A stretch of 64,000 nt of DNA from Chrysomallon squamiferum (lineage: Eukaryota; Animalia; Mollusca), in assembly GCA_012295275.1 (NCBI GenBank), contig CM022674.1:62001-126000 (forward strand), given 5' to 3'. Both the position numbers and the translations under genes were made by a program. Below are positions 42,795 through 55,737 of this stretch, in pieces. Each line of letters begins with the position of its first letter. Position 1 is the first letter of the stretch. Below the pieces are notes generated by a model that ran no database searches, had not been told where the DNA came from, and saw only the letters and a list, made by a program, of their open reading frames with translations.

Positions 42795-43161
42795 CTAGTT
42801 TCTAGTTTGGTGTTATTAAAATAAGATTTAATTCTTGCATAACAGAGCCTTCTAGTTTCTAGCTGAGTGTTATTAAAATAAAAGATTTAATTGTTTCATA
42901 AGAGCTTTCTAGTTTCTAGCTGAGTGTTATTAATATAAAAGATTTAATTGTTTTTGTTATTCTAGTTTCTAGCCAAGTGTTATTAAAATAAAATATTTAA
43001 TTGTTCCTGTTAATCTAGTTTCTAGCTGAGTGTTATTAAAATAAAAGATTTAATTGTTCCTGTTAATCTAGTTTCTAGTTAAGTGTTATTAAAATAAGAT
43101 TTAATTGTTTCATAAAAAAGTCTTCTAGTTTCTAGTTGAGTGGTATTAAAACAAGATTTAA
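42795..43161. repeat. Minisatellite, 7 units of about 53-57 bp
   Basis: Unit tctagtttctagctgagtgttattaaaataaaagatttaattg... Confidence 0.9.
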
Positions 43162-43263
43162 CTGAAGCATGTATATCTGTTCAGTTTTGTATAGCACACA
43201 TACCTCGACACAGGTATGTTAATCTGCAGACAGTGTGTATACTGGCAGATAAATACATTGTTG

Positions 43264-43267
<4 letters not shown>

Positions 43268-43330
<63 letters not shown>
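43268..43330. repeat. (ATT)n microsatellite
   Basis: Directly visible; others at about 14540, 21616, 61393, 62870 and 63272. Confidence 0.95.
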
Positions 43331-43331
<1 letters not shown>

Positions 43332-43542
43332 ATGAATAGTGAAGCCTGCCATTTGGGACTACTAGTGAGTTATGGTTTGGTCTGGAGTAAATGCTGGGGT
43401 CACTTCTTTTTCGTTTGTGACATTTTGACGTTTGCAGGCCACGGTACTAATTCATGTTCAGTGTGATGTGTGTACACACACACACAGTGTCTGTCTGTCT
43501 GCAGCTTGCCTGTACAACACACAGTTAGTTAACACAACAGAT

Positions 43543-43578
43543 ATGGGAGCCAGGCTGGGCTCCTGTTTCAGTTGTCGG
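43543..43578 (+). CDS. Ack-like: Candidate alternative first coding exon (MGARLGSCFSCR), phase 0, lipidation-like N-terminus
   Basis: gatATGG, 12 codons, donor CGG|GTATGA at 43579; Gly2 plus two Cys; phase matches the kinase exon acceptor. Confidence 0.55.
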
Positions 43579-44180
43579 GTATGATTTGATTTTACACTTT
43601 CACTTTGTTTAATACTAAGATTGTTTGGGTTTTTTTAAACATTTTTTATTTGTTTTAGTGATATTGTGGACACATTATTTTTGTACTTTTAAGTTTTATA
43701 ACTTCTTCATTTTATTCTTTAGCATGTTAGTGCTTTTTTTTATTTTTTTTTTTTTTTTTTTTTGTTGTTTAAATAGTTTAAATATTTTTTTGAAGGTTAG
43801 TGCTGAAATAATTTTTTTATACTTTTTAAATACACTTGATTTCATTTTTTACTTTCACTTTATAATCTTTACAGGTCAAATGATAATCTAAATTTTGACA
43901 ATAACCTAAAATCTTGGACTGTACATTCCTTGAGTATATATATATATATTTTACTTACGTTTTTGTATTTATATTTATGTCTATGTGTTGTGTGTTTGTT
44001 ATATATGTTTGTATGTGTGACTTGTGTTTCTATATGTGTCTATTTTTATGCTTATATGTTTTGTGTCTGTGTTTTGTGAATTGTGTTTCTGTTTGTGTGT
44101 TTATGTTTGTGTGTGTGTGTGTGTGTGTTTTGTGTTTTTTTCAGTCTTATAAACAGAGCTGTTGTGTGTTTGTTTTTCAG

Positions 44181-44246
44181 GTGTTGTACACAGGAATGTA
44201 CAACTTTGCACACTGGCTATGTCAGTCTTATAAACAGAGCTGTTGT
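44181..44246 (+). CDS. Ack-like: Candidate symmetric phase-0 cassette exon (VLYTGMYNFAHWLCQSYKQSCC)
   Basis: Acceptor tgtttttcag|, 66 nt open, donor TGT|GTGAGC at 44247. Confidence 0.4.
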
Positions 44247-44694
44247 GTGAGCTGATGATTATTTAATTTTATATAAATTTTTTTTATTTCTTTGTAAAGT
44301 TTTTCTCGTTCTTAAACCTGACATTTCATTGTGAACACAAACAGCTGACATGCTGCACTTTGTGTCTGTTGACAGCGATATTGATTGATTTCTTTACACA
44401 TGACAGTTCTAAGTGGGCAGGTACCAGCTGACCTTTATGTAACAGCAATTCAGAGCTTACTGAGATAGTTTAATGCCTCTTCATTATGTCCATAAATTAT
44501 ATTGCTGGGTGATACAGACTATATGCTGTGTTATTGTGACATACCTGTGGTGTCTGTCTTACTACTATCTATACATTTCTTTATTTAAATAGATAAATAC
44601 CTTTTAATATTTTAATGTTATTGAATCATTTTCAACTAATTTGAACTCTTTCTGTTATATCTGGCTCAGACTGTCTATTTTAATTTCTCTTTCT

Positions 44695-44761
<67 letters not shown>

Positions 44762-45432
44762 GTGATTTACATAAAGGAAATGTATTTTTTGTATTTATTT
44801 ATTTATTGAAAAAGTCATTTGTATCTTTTATAAGTGTTGTGAATGAGGATTTTTTTAGTTTATATCTAATGTGTAAGAATGAAAGAAAATAAGTGAATTT
44901 TTAGACAAAAGACAAAGAAAAGAATTTTTTTTTAAAAATATTTTAGATTAAAGATTAAATAGAAAACTTATTATTGACTTCTTAAGTGGAACTGTGTATA
45001 ACATGTGGGAAAAAGATTTCTTTCTTTATTAGTTTTGATAAATATTTCCATATAGTGAAAACACGGAGTTATAGGTTATTTCCAGTCTGTGAATAAAACA
45101 AACAGTTAACTCTGTGTACAGAGGAAACAAGTGGAAACAGACATGTGTAAGAGATTATGACAAATTCCTGCTTTGATATTTTACTTCAAGTCTCCGTTTA
45201 GAATTTCAGCTCTGTTAAAGTCATTCAAGCTTACATCATAGTTATGTGTTTTTCCCACATTCATTTTTTTTTTATCTGTTTATTATTATCATCATTTTTT
45301 TTTTTTTTATTGCATCTTTTTTAATGTGTTTTATTTTTTTATTATTATTATTCTTTTTTTCTGGATACTTTTTCTTGCTTTCTCTGAATCATTTTCTTCC
45401 TTTCACTTTTTCTCTTTTCTCTCTCCCCTTTT

Positions 45433-45482
<50 letters not shown>

Positions 45483-46193
45483 CTCTTACAGTCTGGCTGC
45501 CTTCAGTTTAGACAGTGTTTAACTCATATAAAGTGATACTCAAGAGCCAGGAATGTGTGTGAAAGAATTTGTATTTTCAGTGCTTGTAATTGTAGATGCT
45601 GTTGAACTTGGAGAATGTCTGTCACAGACACACATTATCAAATCCTTTATCATGTTCCAACTAATTAGACTTGAGTCTTTTTACAGTGTCTTTTACCTTG
45701 TTCATTTTTTTCTTATTTTTCTTTATAAGTCAAATAAACAAATATACTAAATATAACCAAAATGTTTAAAAATAATTTTTTCTTTTTTACTATTACATTT
45801 ATATAATCTTTATTTATATATAATTTTATTTATTTACGTTTTTTCCCTTACGTACACTTTGTTAATTTAAGTTTTGATCAAGCTGTTGGCTAATTATTCA
45901 CATAAAGCCAATAACACCCCAGTGCCCCAATGCATTTATGATCATTATAATTATGTACTGGTTTTTATCTGCATTTGTAGTACCTGCACTTCGGGTTTCA
46001 AATTATTAACATAAAAGTAGAATTTTGATTCTTTTTTATCAGGCTTTCCTGAGCATATGTCTTTTGTGTTCATCAGGTGTAGATCGTAGAACGTATAACC
46101 ATAAATACAACAGGCATTTCTGTACATAACAGTGTTCTACCCATGTTTTTTGTTTCTGGTTTTTAAAAATAAAAATGTTTTCTGTGCTTTCAG

Positions 46194-46406
46194 GCTATAA
46201 TGAGAACCACTGATGGGGGAGGGGGAGGAGGACGTCAGCAGAGTCCATCACCTCCTGAGAACCGATCATGCAGACCACCATCTTGTATACGGCCTTCTGG
46301 GAAACAAATGATACCATGTGATTCAATAACAGTGAACAAAACACTCGGGGAGGGAGAGTTTGGTGTGGTCCAACAAGGTGTGTGGGTCACAGAGGATGGG
46401 GAAAAG
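46194..46406 (+). CDS. Ack-like: Ack-like exon: linker and kinase Gly-rich loop (LGEGEFGVV)
   Basis: ttcag|GCT ATA ATG..., donor AAG|GTAAGA; phase 0/0. Confidence 0.93.
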
Positions 46407-46786
46407 GTAAGATAGTGTCTGTGTTATTTATAATTTTTAAACTTTAACATCTCTAACATTATTATTATCATCATCATCCATCATCATCATTATTAACATT
46501 AATATTTTCTTGTTTTCTTTGAACTAAATGGAAAGATTATTTAAAAAAAAAAAATTAAATTAAGAACTGATTTGAAAAAAGATGAATATCTTGTAATTCA
46601 TTTAATTTTTCTTATATACATATGATTTCAAAGTTGGCGTATAGACGAATATTAACAATAGATAAATGAACTCTAGTTAAGTATCATGATTATTAAACCG
46701 TTTTTCTTTGCCTTGGTATTTAAATACATTGTTTGGACAGTTATGCTTATTACAAGTTTTAATATAAATATTTTGTTATTTTTCAG

Positions 46787-46939
46787 GTTCAAGTGGCAAT
46801 AAAAAGTCTGAGTCGAGAGAAACTGCAGAATGGAACAGAAGAGTTCCTGAAGGAAGCGGCGATTCAGCAGAGTATCGACAATGAGAACATTGTCAGGCTG
46901 TTTGGAGTGGTCCTCGACAAGGAGAACACTCTCATGTTG
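46787..46939 (+). CDS. Ack-like: Ack-like exon: VAIK and alphaC (VQVAIKSLSREKLQNGTEEFLKEAAIQQSIDNENIVRLFGVVLDKENTLML)
   Basis: ttcag|, 153 nt, donor TTG|GTAAGT. Confidence 0.93.
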
Positions 46940-47440
46940 GTAAGTTAGTGCAACCCTAACTGATACTTTTAAAATATCCTCAACATCTTATCATGTAATA
47001 AACACATAACAGAACTCTGTGTCTGTGGTCTACTTGCCATTTCTGACTTTGAGTAGAAGACAAGGATTGTAAGCAATAGGAAGGAAACAAGTGTCCAGTG
47101 GTACTTTCTGACTAGATTTTCAGCAGATGGAGCACTCCTGTTGTAAAAATGTACTTTATAAATACAATTCTAAAGTAATTAAAGATAATGGAAAATGTAA
47201 TCAGTAATAAATAAATAAATAAATAAAAGAAAAATAAATTAAAGGGAAAATACAAAAAAAAATAAAATATGTTTTGTCAATAATTGATAGAAAAGATATT
47301 TTTTCAGAATGATTCTCTTATTATTTAATCAACGTTGTGTAGAAAAGATGTTGAGATTTTTGTACATTTACAAAATAACTATTAACTGAAGTTCATATTT
47401 AACAAGGTTTACATAATTTACAAATTACTATTTTTTCTAG

Positions 47441-47632
47441 GTTACAGAATTGGCTCCTATGAGGTCATTACTGGAGTGTCTCAAAGAACCGTCACTCCGC
47501 CTGGACTTCCCTATTCCACGTCTGTGTGACTTTGCACAACAGATCTGTGATGGCATGGCATACTTGGAGAGTAAACGACTTATTCACAGAGACCTTGCAG
47601 CCAGGAATATTCTAGTCTTTAACAAGAACAGG
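47441..47632 (+). CDS. Ack-like: Ack-like exon: hinge and catalytic loop HRDLAARN
   Basis: ttctag|VTELAP...[12 protein letters not shown]; donor AGG|GTGAGA. Confidence 0.95.
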
Positions 47633-49207
47633 GTGAGACGCAGTTTAAATAATTAAATATAATAGATGTGATTCACATCACTGGGTTGAAGATAAACTGA
47701 AATTGGCTTGATTGAGGATGCTTGGCAATGTTTAGGATATTAAAATGTTCTTGTTCTTTTGTGTATGTGTGTATTGTGTATTGTGTATGTATGTTGTGGT
47801 TGTGCATGTGTATCACTTGTGTTTGGGGGTGGGATTATGTATACACATTGAATGCTTGTTTGTGTATGTGTGGGTGGGTAGGGGTTAACCAGTATGTGTC
47901 TGTCACCATAGACACACATAAATGCACATTTAGAGTATCAGTACGTACCTTTTTTCCCTTTTTTATTTTTTTTTATTTTGTTTGTTAATGAACATGTTAT
48001 ATATTTATATAGACATCAGAACAGTTGTCCTAAAACACAGTAGATTACTTGTATAGATTTTTATAAAGTGAACATGTAGAATTCTGAAACCAGTTCGAGA
48101 AAGCTGGTTAGAATGGGAAATATATCAGTATATATCATTTAGTTCCCAGCAGTAAAAACTGAAATTTAAACGAATCTGAACCACTGTTACATACAGTATA
48201 AAAAAAAAAATTATAACATATAAAAGAATTTAAAGTATTTCCAGCATCAAGTTCAGTTTGTTATCTGTTTTTATTTGTATATCAAACAACACTGATATCA
48301 CACATGCTAAAAATACATCTTTGTGGAATACCTCCAAGACAGTGTTGTAATATAAAACAGTAATTTCATTTTTTATCTCATACACGTCTGCAGACCTAAA
48401 ACTTGTGATAGTGTCGTTAACTTTAATATTTTTAAATTTTATTTTTAACATATTTTGTTTACATATGCCAAGGAGCATTTAATAATTAAATATAGTATCC
48501 TCCTTGTATTTAGTTACTGCTTTTAAATATTTTGGTTGTGATGATTATGCAACACACCTGGTTTATTTTCATATTACAAAGAAGTATAATGCTATATGTT
48601 ACAGTAGAATAAAAATATGTTGACATAAATAAAGCATATTCTATAATTAAAGTCAGCTTTGCAAAACCATTAAACATGATTTTAAATATTTAGATAAGCT
48701 GTGACCATATGAATTTTTTTTATATTTAGTTGAATTATTTTAAATATTTTGTTATAGTTAAACTACATGCATCAGAATTTTTAACAGAGCTTTTGTGTGT
48801 GTATGTTTGCATGTGTGGGGGGGTGTCATTTGAAAGAGACACGTATTATGAAATGCTGTAACTTTATTTTAAATATTTAATTATGATTTCTGGCGAGTGT
48901 TTATATCAATAAGATGTTCGTAATTTATTACATTTTTAATATTTTTGTTAATCTCAATTTTGTTAAAATCCATTGCACTTTTTTGTTTATATATATATAA
49001 GTTGTGAATGAATAGTTGTATCAGATGTTTTATATTTAATTACTTTAAATATTTTATTATCGTTTAACTGATAATATCTATATTTATATCACTTCTTACA
49101 AAAACAGAAATAAAGCCACAGATAGGTGGTGTCTGTTAGTTTTTGCTCTTATCAGTTTCCACATATAAACAGGTAACACTCAACTGATTGTTTATCTCAT
49201 TCTGCAG

Positions 49208-49305
49208 GTGAAAATCAGTGATTTTGGCTTGTCCAGAGCTCTGGGTGTTGGCAAAGACTACTACCAGAGTAATTTCAACATCAGCTTGAAGCTGCCAATA
49301 GCATG
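49208..49305 (+). CDS. Ack-like: Ack-like exon: DFG and activation loop (VKISDFGLSRALGVGKDYYQSNFNISLKLPIAW)
   Basis: tgcag|, phase-2 donor TG|GTAGGT; the loop closely matches recalled Drosophila Ack-like/PR2 rather than Ack/TNK2. Confidence 0.95.
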
Positions 49306-50526
49306 GTAGGTGTCTTCTAGTTGTCTTGAAAGTATCATTTTCTCTTAAGTCTGTTGTGAGTTATGGTGTTGTATTTATTGTTGGTTAATAGAATTTTTGT
49401 ATATAATAGTGTTTCATTAAAATATTTATTTTTTTGGACGTTTTGAAAATATGTTGCGGTTGAATTAATGATAAAGTAGAAATTAATAACGGTTGCATTT
49501 AAAAATATAATAATAAAAATAAAGCTAAAATATTATTTATATTTATATCTTTCTGGATATTTTTAATTGTTAATGTAATTTGTATTGTTCAGTAAATTGT
49601 ATTTATTTATATTATACTGTGGTAGTTATTTAGAAAATATTGTTTAAAAAAAGTACTACTGTTGTAATGGAGATACATATGTGTTCATGTAAAATTAGTA
49701 GTTTAGAAAGAGTGCTTTATAATTATAGATGTTAAGAGGAATATATAAAAAAAGTATGTTTCTATTTGTTGTTTTAAAATTTCTGTTGTTACAAGAATGA
49801 GAACATGATAACAAGAAAATAATGTTTATAGTTATGTTTCTTTTTTCATCATTGTAGTTAAAAAAAATGTGTTTATTTGATTAGAATGTAATATTGTTTT
49901 ACATACAGAAGTGTACTTGATATTCAGGTATTAGTTGTGTAGAAAACAGTATTTATAGTTAAACCTTGTTCAGAACATTTTGTGATGTTGCAGTTGTTGG
50001 TTAAAAGAATTTTCTTTATAGTAGTTTAGAAAATATAGTTTAACAAAAAGTTATTGTTTAGATGTACTTTAGATAACAAGTCATTAATAGCAGTTGTGAT
50101 TGAGAGGACATCATTTAAGAGTAACTCTTTAAAAACACGTGTGTGTTTGTGATCAGTTTGTTTATTTTATAAGTTATGATAGCACTTCAGTATTAGTAGT
50201 CATTTTGAAAATAATATTTACAAGAAACTTTGATACTATCAATATGTTTTTTTTAAATTTTCAGCTTATCAATACTGATAAAAAAAGTTACAATTTTAAA
50301 ATTTTAGTAGCAAAGTTTGACATGCAGAAACAAATACAGCAATAATTTACAAATTTAGTGTTTATTAAGCAAATTGTATTAGTAGTTGTTTTGAAAAAAT
50401 TGTACATTTGAAAAAATATAAATTTATTTTGTTTGTTTATCAATACTTTTTCCCCAGCTATTGCCTGCAGTTAAAAAAAATAAAAAATAAAGGTTTTAAC
50501 AATGTACCTGATAAACATGAAATTAA

Positions 50527-50715
<189 letters not shown>

Positions 50716-52247
50716 TAATTATCACTGCAGAGATTTCTATCTTTATCATTGGGTATGGATGTCTAGTTCTTTGATTATGATTATGATCTATAATACTGTG
50801 CTGTAAATTGTTTTTATCCCTATATTTTTAAATACTTTTTGTGCACATAGAAAAATAATTTATCTTTGCACAGCCATTGTTATTTATTCACACTGTTTAT
50901 TTATTCATTCATTCATTCATTCATTCATTCATTCAACTCGTAAACAATAGTTTTTATCCACATCTGTACCAGGACAATTCTTCTTCTTCTTCTTCTTCCC
51001 TTATTTTCTTCTTCATCTACTTTTTCTTCTTCTTTCTTTTCTTCTTCTTTTCTCTTGTTATTGTTATTATTATCGCTGTTGATATTACATGGTTTGTAAT
51101 ATGCACTAAGATAGATAGATGGATTATGGTATGATGCAACAATGGTTAGACAAGTAAATCCATGCAATGCATCACTGGATAATCGAGTGATTGAAAGATT
51201 GTTGGATGAATGAAGATAGATATTTGTTTACATATTAGAAGTGCATATGGGTTAGTGGTTCAAAACCGTAGCTCATTCTAGACTGACTGATGGAAGGATG
51301 CATGAGTGAGTGAATGTTAGATGTGGCTCCACCCTTCATCTTTTTTGTCATTCTGTTATTTCATGAAAACTGACAAATAAAGGATGCAGCAAAAAAAGTA
51401 AGTATCTTCAGTCAGTTTCACAAAATTCTTATCTTTTACACCTTCATTTATTTCTTATTTTGTATTTCACACTTGTCATCTAATTTGCATTGTGCACTTT
51501 TTAATGTGTCACAGCTTGTGATAGCTTTTAACAGTTTATATTTCTAAATAGTAAAACATTATTTATTTATTTATTTATTTATTTTTACTTTATTTTATTA
51601 TTATTATTTTTATTTTGGTTAAATTCTCACCAAGCTTCCTCATGAGTTCTGCAGTGTATTTATTTGTCAAATATTTTTGAAGGATGGTAATTTAAGAGTT
51701 TCAGAATATTTATTTTATATATATTAAGAGAATAAATATTTAAATAATTGATAAGTAGTACATTACATGCCTAAATGTTTTGTATTTTTTTTTTTTTTTT
51801 TTTTTTATTATTACTTTTTTTTTTTTTTTTAAATTATTGTACTAAATTTAACTAAACGAGTATGCTTGAGAATTCCGTCATTCCTGTGTGTTCTCTCAGT
51901 TGTTTTGGTTTACAATTTTAAAAGCAATAAATATATTGGTGATAATAATAATAATAAAGTATTATAATAAACTAAATTATATTTGATTATGTTCTCATAT
52001 TTTCTGTGTGTGTATCAGAAAGTTAAATCAAAAGCATTAGCTTCAGATGTAAAACAGATGTATCCACTGGAATGTTAGCATTAATGTAGTGTAAATTATA
52101 CTTACATCAAGCTCTGTTATTCCTTCCTCATGTTTGACAACAATGCAGTAGTTTAACTTGTATATTTGAGTTATTATCATTACATGTGTTAACATACAAA
52201 ATTTGTTAATGTGAATTGTTTTTAGTGTAAAAAATAATAAATAATAA

Positions 52248-52281
<34 letters not shown>

Positions 52282-53469
52282 GTAACAAGAATTTTAATTA
52301 AATCTTTTTCATAGTGTAATTCTCCTTTCAAATAAATATTTTGGTCCAAAGAAAAACCACTATATTAAATAACATTTAGAAATATTTGTAAAACTGTGTT
52401 GACTGTATATCAAGTTGTATTCTGATCTGAAATACTAATTCAGTATTTATTCTCTGCTTTATTTAATTTTCAAATCTCTCTCATCCCTAACATTTCTTTT
52501 TTTAGCTTTCATGTTCACTGCATGAATGAATATGAGGAATGTTGAACAAGAAATGTAAAGAATGCTTTATATTGCTCTGTAGCAGGGAAAATTTATTTTA
52601 TTCTGTCAAATAATTTTTATTGTATATGTCTGTGTGTGTGGGGGGTGTGTAAATTATCATTTGTGTCAAATATGAAAATTACTTAACCTGAATTAAGGTT
52701 TCATTTCTTAATATCAAAGCATTTATTTAAATGAGCATAAAACTAATTATACTATAAAAAATTTATGTCGATAAAATCATGTTAAAAAAATTTAAAAAGT
52801 AAAGTAAGATACAAATTTTTCTATAAAAGAAAAAAATGAAATGGGTTTAAATTAAATTAAAATAAACAAAATGAAGAATTTTATTATTATTTTTTTTTTT
52901 TAAATTCAAGTAAAATGAAATTAAATTAGAAGGTAGATAATAAGAAAGCACAGATAGAAAGTTTCTATACACACTGAGTCAGTAATTTTTCTTGGTGGGT
53001 GTGGCTGTGTTTCTACGTTTCAATGGTTTTGTCTGCACAAGGTCACATCCTGCTGGCAACATTAACACAAGTCAATTACTCAGTACATTTTGTTTTTATA
53101 CAAAATATATACACATATATATATTATACAAAATACAGGTCTTGTTAATATAATTATTATAATTTTTGTTTTGAATACATACTTGTATTTGAAACCTAAT
53201 TTACTTGATTGTCAAAAGATTTGTTTTCGCTTAAAAAAAATACACAAAAAATAAAGCCTTTATTTTCATGTGTGTGTTTGTGTGCGCGTGCGTGTGTGTG
53301 TGTGTGTGCGCGTGCGTGCGTGTGCTTGGCATGTGTGTGTGTTTGTGTTTGTGTGTGTGTGTGTGTTTGTGTGCGTGTGTGTGTTTGTGTGCGCGTGTGT
53401 GTGTGTGTTTGTGTGCGCGTGCGTGTGTGTGTTACACTAAGTTTCATTTTATAATTGATCTGCTTGTAG

Positions 53470-53619
53470 ATTTTGGAAGCTATTGACAAGCCTGACCCAC
53501 AGATCCTGGAACAGCCAGACCTCTGTCCCAAAGAGTACTACGCCCTGATGAAGAAGTGCTGGGAGTATGAGCCAGAGGACAGACCAATGTTCAGTCAGAT
53601 CTTCCTCCGGCTGCCCCAG
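53470..53619 (+). CDS. Ack-like: Ack-like exon: kinase C-lobe end (ILEAIDKP...CWEYEPEDRPMF...LPQ)
   Basis: gtag|ATT, 150 nt, donor CAG|GTGAGT. Confidence 0.93.
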
Positions 53620-53883
53620 GTGAGTTTCACACAAACTGCATAAACAGGTGTGTGATAAATAAATACACTTTGTTATTTCTGTGATATTTGTATATTGCTT
53701 TTTTCTAATTTTATACCTTATTTTGAATAGTTATTTATTTATCAGTATAATTTATATTAATTATATATTTACTTATCTTCAGGTTACAAATTCATTTTTC
53801 TTATTGTTAGTAAATACAGGCAGACATAAAACAGTTGTTTTAAATGGTTGGTGTTTAATCATTTTTGAATTTGTTATGTTTAG

Positions 53884-53990
53884 ATCAGACCTGTATTACT
53901 GAAAGCTGTGAAAAGTTACCCGGGTGTTACTTTGGAGAAAGGTCACTTGTATTATAAATCTTATGACGTCATTGTTGCTTTAGACAAAAG
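53884..53990 (+). CDS. Ack-like: Ack-like exon: SH3 N-half (KAVKSY...LYYKSYDVIVALDK)
   Basis: ttag|ATC, phase-2 donor AG|GTAAAT; SH3 immediately after the kinase, as in ACKs. Confidence 0.85.
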
Positions 53991-54255
53991 GTAAATTAAT
54001 CTCTACTTTTTTCTAAATTTGTTATTTAAATTCTGATCATAAATAATATTGTTTGCTAATTTTGTAAACTGTGATATCTGAATTGTTGTTTTAGGTTTTT
54101 GTAATACTATTTTTACTTGATCAGTTTATATTTATTTAACTTACCTTTGAATATTTGGTCATTTTAATAATAATAATCGATACTATGTTCTCTCTCTCTC
54201 TCTCTCTCATTCATTCATTCATTCAAACTAAACTGATTATTGAGGTGTTTTTTAG

Positions 54256-54401
54256 TCCTGTTGATCCACCCAGTCCTGGGATGTGGAAGGGAGCACTGAA
54301 CAGTGGAAAGTATGGTTACTTTGATCCCACCAACAGCGTACCATTCATTGAACCAAAAACTAGTCCTGTCTGGTTGCCAAAAACCAACCTTACACGAAAA
54401 G
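54256..54401 (+). CDS. Ack-like: Ack-like exon: SH3 C-half (WKGALNSGKYGYFDP) and linker
   Basis: tttag|T, phase-1 donor AAG|GTTTGT. Confidence 0.88.
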
Positions 54402-54723
54402 GTTTGTTTAGTCACTGCTGATAATATCAACTCTTTAAATTTCATAATATATTCTAGAAATAATATCTACCTTTATATATCTATCTGTCCATCTGTCTGT
54501 AGCCTCTGAAGAAAAGTATATATTGTTTTGACAACGCAGTTGTATGGTTCTTACTGGAACAGAAGAATATATATTTACTCTTCTAATATATTCAGTTAAC
54601 AAGAAATTATTTTAGATATAATGAAGTGAAAAGAAAGAAAAAAACCTGTAAAATTGTTTCGCTATTTTTTTTACTTTTTATTAAAGTAATAAATTTATCT
54701 GATATATAATTAATTTTTTTCAG

Positions 54724-54876
54724 AATCAGGTAGGAAATCAGGTCGTAAAATTCGTTCTGACATGATAAGTCGACCTCAGAATGACCTACGCCACACTGGC
54801 CACATTGGCTATGATGGCGCTATGTTCGGTGACGTTGCCTTCATTGGCGAAGCCTTTGAAAAGTTGCCACTTCGAG
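54724..54876 (+). CDS. Ack-like: Ack-like exon: CRIB (DMISRPQNDLRHTGHIG) + FGDVAF motif
   Basis: ttcag|AA, donor GAG|GTAAAA; ISxP...HxxHxG CRIB consensus. Confidence 0.92.
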
Positions 54877-55263
54877 GTAAAACTTAATTGGGTGACATTA
54901 TTTGGTCATAGTTAATAAACTGATCATCAGTTACCATCTGATAAATAGCAAATAATTTTAATTTAGTAAAAGAGAAATCAGCCTCTCAAGAAAAGTAACA
55001 TAATCAAGTTAATGAAGGTCTGTGTGCTAAACAAAGTGATAAATATTTAAGAAGTAAAGCCATCTCTTAAAAGAAAGAACGAACGTAATAAATACATAAA
55101 AATCAGTAAAACAAATAAAATATAAAAATAAATATAACTGTCGACCTAAGATGGAAATATATGAATTTCTAAAATCAGTAAAACAAACAAAATATAATAA
55201 AATGTAATAAAATAAAATAAAATGTAATAAAATAAAATAAAATAAAATGTATATTGTCTGCAG

Positions 55264-55354
55264 GCAAGGGAGGTGATCAGAGTGTAGGATCTTCAATGTC
55301 GTCGTTGCCTGGTTACAGTGACCACACAGGGACTAATGGATTTGGTCACTCTTG
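55264..55354 (+). CDS. Ack-like: Ack-like exon: post-CRIB linker
   Basis: tgcag|GC, phase-2 donor TG|GTGAGT; open and phase-consistent. Confidence 0.8.
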
Positions 55355-55631
55355 GTGAGTTTGCTTGTTCTTTTAATTAGGCTTTTGTCACAGTGACTAA
55401 TAACACAATGTTTTCTTTGGATAGCACATTGGATGTTCATTAGCATAAATATGTTTGAAATCTTTTACCAATTTAATAATAAAATGTTTACTATATATAT
55501 GTATATATATATGTACATTTACAAAAATATGAAACAGTTTCACTGTCAATTATAGAATGATTTAAAAATAATATGTACATTTGTGAAAATCACTGACACC
55601 TAATAGTTGCTAATAATAAATGTTGTTTCAG

Positions 55632-55737
55632 GATCAGTCAGGAATCTCTAGACAGCAATGCTGTCAGTGTATCAGACACTGGATATCAGGACATTGATGA
55701 TGATTCTCTCTTCAGTGATTTCAAAATACCTGACCTG
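55632..55737 (+). CDS. Ack-like: Ack-like exon: acidic linker (ISQESLDS...DFKIPDL)
   Basis: ttcag|G, donor CTG|GTAGGT; phase-consistent. Confidence 0.82.

Noticed and set aside
53964-53971. Second perfect TGACGTCA, upstream of the BORG-like module
   Set aside because: It lies in the coding SH3 exon (YDVI codons); no other sign of an internal promoter.
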